The notes beneath the pieces were generated by a model. It was not told the DNA's origin and made no database searches. It was given only the letters and a program-made list of their open reading frames with translations. Below are positions 23,201 to 33,002 of a stretch of 33,002 nt of DNA, one piece after another (position 1 is the stretch's first letter; the number at the start of each line of letters is the position of its first letter). Both the position numbers and the translations under genes were made by a program. Location of the stretch: the NCBI GenBank assembly GCA_032718475.1, contig JAUCBJ010009068.1, positions 1-33,002 of the forward strand. Direction: 5' to 3'. Source of the DNA: Nemertoderma westbladi. Taxonomy: Eukaryota > Animalia > Xenacoelomorpha.

Positions 23201-24914
23201 ACAACGGGACTCAGGGATATCTCGTAACAACGGGACTCATAGGGATATCTCGTCAACGGGACTCATAGGGATATCTCTTAACAACGGGACTCATAAGGAT
23301 ATCTCGTAACAACGGGACTCAAGGGATATCTCGTAACAACGGGACTCATAGGGATATCTCGTAACAACGGGACTCATAAAGGATATCTCGTAACAACGGG
23401 ACTCAAGGGATATCTCGTACAACGGGACTCAAGGCATATCTCGTAACAACGGGACTCATAGATATATTTCGTAACAACGGGACTCAGGGATATCTCGTAA
23501 CAACGGGACTCATAAAGGATATCTCGTAACAACGGGACTCAAGGATATCTCGTAACAACGGGACTCATAGGGATATCTCGTAACAACGGGACTCAGGGAT
23601 ATCTCGTAACAACGGGACTCAAGGGATATCTCGTAACAACGGGACTCATAAAGGATATCTCGTAACAACGGGACTCATAAAGGATATCTCGTAACAACGG
23701 GACTCATAGGGATATCTCGTAACAACGGGACTCAAGGGATATTTCGTAACAACGGGACTCATAGGGATATCTCGTAACAACGGGACTCAAGGGATATCTC
23801 GTAACAACGGGACTCATAAAGGATATCTCGTAACAACGGGACTCATAGGGATATCTAGTAACAACGGGACTCAAGGATATCTCGTAACAACGGGACTCAT
23901 AAAGGATATCTCGTAACAACGGGACTCATAAAGGATATCTCGTAACAACGGGACTCAGGGATATCTCGTAACAACGGGACTCAGGGATATCTCGTAACAA
24001 CGGGACTCATAAAGGATATCTCGTAACAACGGGACTCATAAAGGATATCTCGTAACAACGGGACTCATAAAGGATATCTCGTAACAACGGGACTCAGGGA
24101 TATCTCGTAACAACGGGACTCATAGGGATATCTCGTAACAACGGGACTCATAGGTATATCTAGTAACAACGGGACTCAAGGATATCTCGTAACAACGGGA
24201 CTCATAAAGGATATCTCGTAACAACGGGACTCAAGGGATATCTCGTAACAACGGGACTCATAAAGGATATCTCGTAACAACGGGACTCATAAAGGATATC
24301 TCGTAACAACGGGACTCATAAAGGATATCTCGTAACAACGGGACTCAGGGATATCTCGTAACAACGGGACTCAGGGATATCTCGTAACAACGGGACTCAT
24401 AGGGATATCTAGTAACAACGGGACTCAAGGATATCTCGTAACAACGGGACTCATAAAGGATATCTCGTAACAACGGGACTCATAGGGATATCTCGTAACA
24501 ACGGGACTCATAAAGGATATCTCGTAACAACGGGACTCATAAAGGATATCTCGTAACAACGGGACTCATAAAGGATATCTCGTAACAACGGGACTCATAG
24601 GGATATCTAGTAACAACGGGACTCAAGGATATCTCGTAACAACGGGACTCATAAAGGATATCTCGTAACAACGGGACTCATAAAGGATATCTCGTAACAA
24701 CGGGACTCATAGGGATATCTCGTAACAACGGGATATCTCGTAACAACGGGACTCATAGGGATATCTCGTAACAACGGGACTCATAGGGATATCTCGTAAC
24801 AACGGGACTCATAGGGATATCTCGTAACAACAGGACTCATAGGGATATCTCGTAACAACGGGACTCATAGGGATATCTCGTAACAACGGGACTCATAGGT
24901 ATATCTCGTTGTTA
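17289..24914. repeat. Minisatellite B: heterogeneous array, unit mostly 26-30 bp, consensus GGGATATCTCGTAACAACGGGACTCATA, roughly 275 copies
   Basis: Constant GATATCTCGTAACAACGGGACTC with variable linkers (ATAGG, ATAAAG, AAGG, AGG, ATTAGG), 18-bp short units and a GTCTCAAC variant confined to the left ~1.6 kb. Copy number is estimated from length. Confidence 0.98.
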
Positions 24915-25071
24915 GTACAACAACCCTTACTGCTGTAGTGCATGCATACATGTATATTTCGCGAAGCTTTATTTGAAATTAAACGGCAATTATTTGAATT
25001 TGAGCCATATCTTTTTTGTTCGTGAATTATATCGGACGCTGAAAGTGCGAAATGTGCCACATCAATACATG

Positions 25072-25143
25072 GATAGCTTTCGCCCCTGATTTAACCTTTT
25101 CGATAGCTTTCGCATAACTTTCGGTAGCTTTCGTTAGCTTTTG
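25072..25143. repeat. Short cluster of ~10-bp TARCTTTYG repeats
   Basis: GATAGCTTTCGC twice, then CATAACTTTCG, GTAGCTTTCG and TTAGCTTTTG, lying between arrays B and C. Confidence 0.7.
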
Positions 25144-25220
25144 GTAATTGTCCTCTTTCAGAACTATCCACAGGAAAGAACATCCCACAACAGTTTAAAT
25201 AGCTGAATCTACAACTTATG

Positions 25221-28200
25221 GCGGTGGCGAGCGAGATGAGAAACAAAACTATAGCGGTGGCGAGATGAGAAACAAAAGTATAGCGGTGGCGAGATGAGAA
25301 ACAAAAGTATAGCGGTGGCGAGATGAGAAACAAAAGTATAGCGGTGGCGAGATGAGAAACAAAAGTATAGCGGTGGCGAGATGAGAAACAAAAGTACAGT
25401 GGCGAGATGAGAAACAAAAGTATAGCGGTGGCGCGATGAGAAACAAAAGTATAGCGGTGGCGAGATGAGAAACAAAAGTATAGCAGTGGCGAGATGAGAA
25501 ACAAAAGTATAGCGGTGGCGCGATGAGAAACAAAAGTATAGCGGTGGCGAGATGAGAAACAAAAGTATAGCGGTGGCGAGATGAGAAACAAAAGTATAGC
25601 GGTGGCGAGATGAGAAACAAAAGTATAGCGGTGGCGAGATGAGAAACAAAAGTATAGCGGTGGCGAGATGAGAAACAAAAGTATAGCGGTGGCGAGATGA
25701 GAAACAAAAGTATAGCGGTGGCGAGATGAGAAACAAAAGTTTAGCGGTGGCGCGATGAGAAACAAAAGTATAGCGGTGGCGAGATGAGAAACAAAAGTAT
25801 AGCGGTGGCGAGATGAGAAACAAAAGTATAGCGGTGGCGAGATGAGAAACAAAAGTATAGCGGTGGCGAGATGAGAAACAAAAGTATAGCGGTGGCGAGA
25901 TGAGAAACAAAAATATAGCGGTGGCGAGATGAGAAACAAAAGTATAGCGGTGGCGAGATGAGAAACAAAAGTATAGCGGTGACGAAATGAGAAACAAAAG
26001 TATAGCGGTGGCGAGATGAGAAACAAAAGTATAGCGGTGGCGAGATGAGAAACAAAAGTATAGCGGTGGCGAGATGAGAAACAAAAGTATAGCGGTGGCG
26101 AGATGAGAAACAAAAGTATAGCGGTGGCGAGATGAGAAACAAAAGTATAGCGGTGGCGAGATGAGAAACAAAAGTATAGCGGTGGCGAGATGAGAAACAA
26201 AAGTATAGCGGTGGCGAGATGAGAAACAAAAGTATAGCGGTGGCGAGATGAGAAACAAAAGTATAGCGGTGGCGAGATGAGAAACAAAAGTATAGCGGTG
26301 GCGAGATGAGAAAAAAAAGTATAGCGGTGGCGAGATGAGAAACAAAAGTATAGCGGTGGCGAGATGAGAAACAAAAGTATAGCGGTGGCGAGATGAGAAA
26401 CAAAAGTATAGCGGTGACGAAATGAGAAACAAAAGTATAGCGGTGGCGAGATGAGAAACAAAAGTATAGCGGTGGCGAGATGAGAAACAAAAGTATAGCG
26501 GTGGCGAGATGAGAAACAAAAGTATAGCGGTGGCGAGATGAGAAACAAAAGTATAGCGGTGGCGAGATGAGAAACAAAAGTATAGCGGTGGCGAGATGAG
26601 AAACAAAAGTATAGCGGTGGCGAGATGAGAAACAAAAGTATAGCGGTGGCGAGATGAGAAACAAAAGTATAGCGGTGGCGAGATGAGAAACAAAAGTATA
26701 GCGTTGGCGAGATGAGAAACAAAAGTATAGCGGTGGCGAGATGAGAAACAAAAGTATAGCGGTGGCGAGATGAGAAACAAAAGTATAGCGGTGGCGAGAT
26801 GAGAAACAAAAGTATAGCGGTGGCGAGATGAGAAACAAAAGTATAGCGGTGGCGAGATGAGAAACAAAAGTACAGTGGCGAGATGAGAAACAAAAGTATA
26901 GCGGTGGCGAGATGAGAAACAAAAGTATAGCGGTGGCGAGATGAGAAACAAAAGTATAGCGGTGGCGAGATGAGAAACAAAAGTATAGCGGTGGCGAGAT
27001 GAGAAACAAAAGTATAGCGGTGGCGAGATGAGAAACAAAAGTATAGCGGTGGCGAGATGAGAAACAAAAGTATAGCGGTGGCGAGATGAGAAACAAAAGT
27101 ATAGCGGTGGCGAGATGAGAAACAAAAGTATAGCGGTGGCGAGATGAGAAACAAAAGTATAGCGGTGGCGAGATGAGAAACAAAAGTATAGCGGTGGCGA
27201 GATGAGAAACAAAAGTATAGCGGTGGCGAGATGAGAAACAAAAGTATAGCGGTGGCGAGATGAGAAACAAAAGTATAGCGGTGGCGAGATGAGAAACAAA
27301 AGTATAGCGGTGGCGAGATGAGAAACAAAAGTACAGTGGCGAGATGAGAAACAAAAGTATAGCGGTGGCGAGATGAGAAACAAAAGTATAGCGGTGGCGA
27401 GATGAGAAACAAAAGTATAGCGGTGGCGAGATGAGAAACAAAAGTATAGCGGTGGCGAGATGAGAAACAAAAGTATAGCGGTGGCGAGATGAGAAACAAA
27501 AGTATAGCGGTGGCGAGATGAGAAACAAAAGTATAGCGGTGGCGAGATGAGAAACAAAAGTATAGCGGTGGCGAGATGAGAAACAAAAGTATAGCGGTGG
27601 CGAGATGAGAAACAAAAGTATAGCGGTGGCGAGATGAGAAACAAAAGTATAGCGGTGGCGAGATGAGAAACAAAAGTATAGCGGTGGCGAGATGAGAAAC
27701 AAAAGTTTAGCGGTGGCGAGATGAGAAACAAAAGTATAGCGGTTGCGAGATGAGAAACAAAAGTATAGCGGTGGCGAGATGAGAAACAAAAGTATAGCGG
27801 TGGCGAGATGAGAAACAAAAGTATAGCGGTGGCGAGATGAGAAACAAAAGTATAGCGGTGGCGAGATGAGAAACAAAAGTATAGCGGTGGCGAGATGAGA
27901 AACAAAAGTATAGCGGTGGCGAGATGAGAAACAAAAGTATAGCGGTTGCGAGATGAGAAACAAAAGTATAGCGGTGGCGAGATGAGAAACAAAAGTATAG
28001 CGGTGGCGAGATGAGAAACAAAAGTATAGCGGTGGCGAGATGAGAAACAAAAGTATAGCGGTGGCGAGATGAGAAACAAAAGTATAGCGGTGGCGAGATG
28101 AGAAACAAAAGTATAGCGGTGGCGAGATGAGAAACAAAAGTATAGCGGTGGCGAGATGAGAAACAAAAGTATAGCGGTGGCGAGATGAGAAACAAAAGTA

Positions 28201-29068
28201 TAGCGGTGGCGAGATGAGAAACAAAAGTATAGCGGTGGCGAGATGAGAAACAAAAGTATAGCGGTGGCGAGATGAGAAACAAAAGTATAGCGGTGGCGAG
28301 ATGAGAAACAAAAGTATAGCGGTGGCGAGATGAGAAACAAAAGTATAGCGGTGGCGAGATGAGAAACAAAAGTATAGCGGTGGCGAGATGAGAAACAAAA
28401 GTATAGCGGTGGCGAGATGAGAAACAAAAGTATAGCGGTTGCGAGATGAGAAACAAAAGTATAGCGGTGGCGAGATGAGAAACAAAAGTATAGCGGTGGC
28501 GAGATGAGAAACAAAAGTATAGCGGTGGCGAGATGAGAAACAAAAGTATAGCGGTGGCGAGATGAGAAACAAAAGTATAGCGGTGGCGAGATGAGAAACA
28601 AAAGTATAGCGGTGGCGAGATGAGAAACAAAAGTATAGCGGTTGCGAGATGAGAAACAAAAGTATAGCGGTGGCGAGATGAGAAACAAAAGTATAGCGGT
28701 GGCGAGATGAGAAACAAAAGTATAGCGGTGGCGAGATGAGAAACAAAAGTATAGCGGTTGCGAGATGAGAAACAAAAGTATAGCGGTGGCGAGATGAGAA
28801 ACAAAAGTATAGCGGTGGCGAGATGAGAAACAAAAGTATAGCGGTGGCGAGATGAGAAACAAAAGTATAGCGGTGGCGAGATGAGAACAAAAGTATAGCG
28901 GTGGCGAGATGAGAAACAAAAGTATAGCGGTGTCGATATGAGAAACAAAGGTATAGCGGTGGTGAGATGAGAAACAAAAGTATAGCGATGGCGAGATGAG
29001 AAACAAAAGTATAGCGGTGGCGAGATGAGAACAAAAGTATAGCGGTGGCGAGATGAGAAACAAAAGTA
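25221..29068. repeat. Minisatellite C: 29-bp unit GCGGTGGCGAGATGAGAAACAAAAGTATA, ~132 copies
   Basis: Visible directly. Recurrent variants include a 26-bp unit GTACAGTGG, GGTGACGAAATG, GGTTGCG and GGCGCGATG; units at the right edge are more diverged. Confidence 0.99.
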
Positions 29069-29773
29069 AGTCAAATTTTTGTGAAACTTTATAATTAGTC
29101 GCATAACACACGTTATTACAGATATTATAGGAAGGGATCTAGGGGTCTATCTAGGATTACAGATAATATATAAACAAACCAGGCGATTAAATGGTAAATA
29201 AAGAATAATGCAAATATATAAATATAAATATATATTGAGAGTAAAATGTTACATTTACCTGTCAAAAGCACAAAATCTATACAAACATGATACCTAAGTT
29301 TATCAAATAACATAAATTCAAAATAAATTAATTTACCAACATTTCTTTTCTGCATAGATAACAAACAATCAACATCATAAAACTTGGGAAAGATGCAAAA
29401 TTAATTAATTAATTAACACGAGCTGGTCGGAATACATCACCGTATAACCAACATAAACAATCTAATAAACAAAGCAGGCAATAAGAAAATGGTAAGAAAA
29501 TATAAATCTCATAAATTCACCTGATTCCAAGAATTTGTATACAAATAACATAAATAAAAAATAAACTAATCTGGATCAATAATTACATTTCCGTGCTTAA
29601 ATCCAAATATACAATACAAAATCATCAATATTTATAATTTAGTACGCTAAACTGTTGTAGTGGCCACTAGAGAATAAAAAAATAACTGTTATAACTTTAG
29701 CTCGACAAATTGAGAATAAATTACTAATTAGTGCACTGATTGGCAGTTAGGTTTAAAAAATGAAAGTAAAGTA

Positions 29774-30767
29774 CAATAGGGATGGTGCGCGAAAAAATTG
29801 TTGGGCTAGGAACAATTGAATAAGGGGTAACAAGGTGCCCTGAATCGAGTGGCGGGTCTGTTTTTTGTAAAAACACGAGGAAACGGTCGAAATGGCGGGT
29901 GTAAGTAAACCCGGGAACCAATTTTGAAAAAAATCGGCTGCGATTGGCTGCTACATATTTGACGTCACTACGCAGTGATCTGATAATTTTTTATCTTGGT
30001 TTCTATGGATATTGATTTTCGATCGATTCAAATACATATTAAATCTCAATCATTTCACACGTGGCTTATATTAATTGAAAGCGGAGAGTCTTGCGCGTAG
30101 ACGGGTGGCAGACCTACTTCCTTGCCTACCGGTCAGCGCTTTCCTCAGCCCTATCAGCCTATTTTTTCCCTTGCCTATTGCAGAATCTGAGTATTGCAGC
30201 TTTACTTCAGGAAGTTGGGTTTACCTGCGACATTTTTTAATATGCAAGGGTAGCCTATTGCCCATTATTACTGTATTATAGTACCGGCTGACCTGTATTA
30301 AAAGTTTAATGTTACTTTAAAATCTAATAATCTGTAGGCCTTACCGTCAGACCATACTGAAACAGCTTGGAATGCAGTTTTGCTGCTGGAAATACTGCTG
30401 GAAACAACATTATACCACCATGAATTTAATTAATTATTAGTGTCAAAAGACGCGCAAGACTCTCCGCTTTGAATTAATATAAACCACGTTTGAAATGATT
30501 GAGATTTAATATGTATTTGAATCGATCGAAAATCTTTCCCCATAGAAACCAAGATAAAAAATTATCAGAGCACTGCGTAGTGACGTCAAATATGTATGTC
30601 GATTTTCAAAATTGGCTTCCCGGGTTTACCTAAACCCGCAATATCGACCGTTTCCTCGTGTTTTTACAAAGAACAGACCCCGCCACTCGATTCAGGGCAC
30701 TTGTTACCTACCACCCCTCATTCAATTGTTTCTAGCACAACAATTTCTTCGCGCACCATCCCCATTA
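29774..30767. mobile_element. Non-autonomous foldback DNA transposon (MITE), ~1 kb, ~320-bp imperfect TIRs, TA-flanked (Tc1/mariner-like)
   Basis: The left arm 29774-30098 (CAATAGGGATGGTGCGCG...GAGAGTCTTGCGCGT) is the reverse complement of the right arm 30450-30767 (ACGCGCAAGACTCTC...CGCGCACCATCCCCATTA), with scattered mismatches and indels. TA at 29772-29773 and 30768-30769; ~350-bp non-coding spacer. The superfamily is inferred only from the TA flanks. Confidence 0.88.
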
Positions 30768-31681
30768 TACCGTTACCGTGACGTATAAATAAAGTCAAAG
30801 GAAAAACGGATTTTTCTTACAGAAATCAATGTTGATCAAATTGTTTGATTTACTCAATATTCAATAAATTTATAGATATAATAATATGTTGTGTGAAAAT
30901 AATTTCAGATGCGCCCAGATAAGAAGAAAACCAAACGCATTTGCTGAGGGGTTGAAAAAGTACGGGATTTGTGCACCTAATTTTGTACAGAGAACTAATG
31001 AAATTTTTAATTAAATTTTTCCAATCCCAATATAAAATTAACAGTAGCACACAATATAACACGACTAGTAGAAGTGGGTATTCAATTATTCCGTTCACTT
31101 TAATAATCCGTTCAACTTCTGTCTCTAAACAACTGTATAATATTGCAACAATTTGTGATTGTGACCTCAAAATAAAATAAGTTTAATATCCCACATCTAC
31201 TAATCCTAGTCCAATAAACATGCAATTTGGAAAAATAAATTGGGAAAAAGGCGAAACTATAGGCGATTTAGGCTTTTGAGACAATTATATACTAGAGCCA
31301 TATAGAGCATTACAATACGCCAAGCCATAAAAGTTTGCTTCTAAATGAGATGACTATCAATGGTTGCTAAGGAAACAAAGCTATTAATAGACGAACGCGA
31401 GGAATAAAGCCCGGAATACTCTCTATGGATACGTGGGTCCTCCAGCTTGGTCCCCTACCGGCTGCGGGTAGGGTGCCTCCCCCTGATTGGTGACCCCACC
31501 GTGGTCTCCACCAGGTGTCCTCTCGCCAGCTCGCCACGAACGGAAGGCAAAAAAGGCCCCGACGCAGTACACAATCATAGTCAAGAAACCGAAAACCTAA
31601 ATAACAGAATAGTATATAAAAAGTCAGTTGTGTCTGGTTTATAGGTTGAGCTATGGGTGGGTGGGCATTCGGGATGGGAGT

Positions 31682-32150
31682 CAGGAAATGTAAGGGAATT
31701 TCCTGAGGGAATTTTCTAGATATTTTCCCGGAAATTTCCTATTTTATTAATATAGAAATATTTACAGAAATATCCTCATATTAATTGCATAAAATAGTAA
31801 AATAATATGATTTGAACCTAAATTGTGATTATGACATTGTGTTTTGTCAATTTCATTATTAACTAGATGTTTTATATTGAACTCAATTTCGGAAATTAAA
31901 ACATTTTAAATTTTAACAACAGTATTTCACAATTGAATAGCTCCTGCTATTTTGCCAGTTTATACACACACATTCTGAATCTGAAAACAGAAAGGAAAAC
32001 AAAAGTAGAGTAAACACTAGAAACAAATGATTCCTGCTTAGTTGTATTGAAAGTGTTGTGAATTGTTGTGTAACGTGAATGCGTATGGTGAAGAATACTT
32101 TTCCGGAAAATTCCTTGAAAGAGCATATTTCCGGAAAACTCACATCTCTA
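31682..32150. mobile_element. Degenerate hAT-like MITE remnant
   Basis: The right end CACATCTCTA (reverse complement TAGAGATGTG) resembles hAT-type termini, and TTTCC(C)GGAAA-type motifs cluster near both ends (31695-31740, 32099-32140). The left terminus is poorly conserved and no TSD was seen. Confidence 0.35.
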
Positions 32151-32411
32151 GTGGATATGTATTTCTGTTGCTAACCTACTGCTTACAGATTTTGTAAAAA
32201 TCAGTAAATTGCAATATTACCGGTATCTAATCTAGTGTCCAAACGGGACCTCCTCATTCGAAAAATCGTGATACTGAAAGAAAAAAATGTTATTCCGGTT
32301 GCGGATCTGGATATAGGATCGGTGTTTTCAAGTTTATATCTTTGCCATAGTTTGTAGCCTTCCACTACTGCGTGGTTCAGTTTTTCTGAGAGAGTTAGTA
32401 TGACTTAGCAT

Positions 32412-32486
32412 TAGGGATGTGCCGGATTGACTAATTTCAAACAGGCCATGCCGGAGCCGGATTTGTAAAAAAAAATCCGGCCGGAG
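32412..32486. mobile_element. Possible end fragment of a hAT-like non-autonomous element
   Basis: TAGGGATGTGCCGG start followed by GCCGGA/TCCGGC repeats; no matching second end identified. Confidence 0.3.
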
Positions 32487-33002
32487 TTGATTTTTTATAT
32501 ATCACCACTTTTTCCTTGAATCAGCTATATGGTACCTTTGTGCATGAACATAACTGGAGGGAGGCAGGGTACCACGTAAACGAGAAGAGCGTTTTACATT
32601 GATGGGCTGCAAATAAGGGATTATTTCCCAGTTTACAAATAGTTGTACATGTATATTTAGTATCACCAGCATCTTCAATTTATTCCGAGCCAATATTTGT
32701 AGAGTCTGCGAGGCTGGTAATGTATTGGATGAGAACCGCTCTCGTCTACTTCCGGATCGTGGAGAGAAACTAATATTTTTGTACCATAACCTACGCCGAT
32801 TTGATATAATGGGTTGATTTTATAAATAAAGTGCAAATTGAAAAATAGAACGAAGTAATACAATAGCTGTAGTTTTTTTATACACTCTGAGTTTCTAAAT
32901 TGCCTGTCGAATATATAAACCTGTCATTCACGGTGGTGGTAAGCTTAATATCAATTTATAACAAACCTACCTAGAGCAAACATCAACGCTTGCGCGCTGG
33001 GA

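Noticed and set aside
17289-24914. CRISPR-like appearance (constant repeat plus variable linker)
   Set aside because: Linkers are only 0-7 bp, drawn from a few recurring variants rather than unique spacers. There are no cas genes and the context is eukaryotic.
25091-29111. Long minus-strand ORFs in array C
   Set aside because: The 29-bp unit has no stop on the minus strand, so all three frames give the same cyclic 29-aa peptide, which is a satellite artefact.
32530-32800. Possible Ig-like exon on - (IEDAGDTKYTC)
   Set aside because: It needs a frame change across stop codons and the D-x-G-x-Y-x-C spacing is wrong; too weak without a homology search.

Overview
AT-rich animal genomic DNA, not prokaryotic; recurring TAGGCCTA/TACCGGTA motifs suggest a marine invertebrate such as an echinoderm (inference). 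Left part: an unannotated minus-strand ORF of at least 410 codons runs off the window edge (ATG at 1232), preceded by a long hairpin-rich leader containing a ~287-bp duplicated module. Next come an intron-free NT5DC3-like 5'-nucleotidase CDS (5203-6771, minus) and the terminal coding exon of TMEM208 (7347-7554, plus), so the nucleotidase and the unknown ORF appear to lie antisense inside a TMEM208 intron. Over half the window is three ~28-30-bp minisatellite arrays (9066-14968, ending at a 100-N gap; 17289-24914; 25221-29068) that share a YGAGAT core. Between them lie a palindromic mini-element, a frameshifted triple C-x2-C...GH...C zinc-finger coding region and a CR1/L2-group LINE fragment. 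The right end has a ~1-kb TA-flanked foldback MITE and degenerate MITE remnants. The giant ORFs in the track are artefacts of stop-free repeat units. No CRISPR array, tRNA or rRNA was found.
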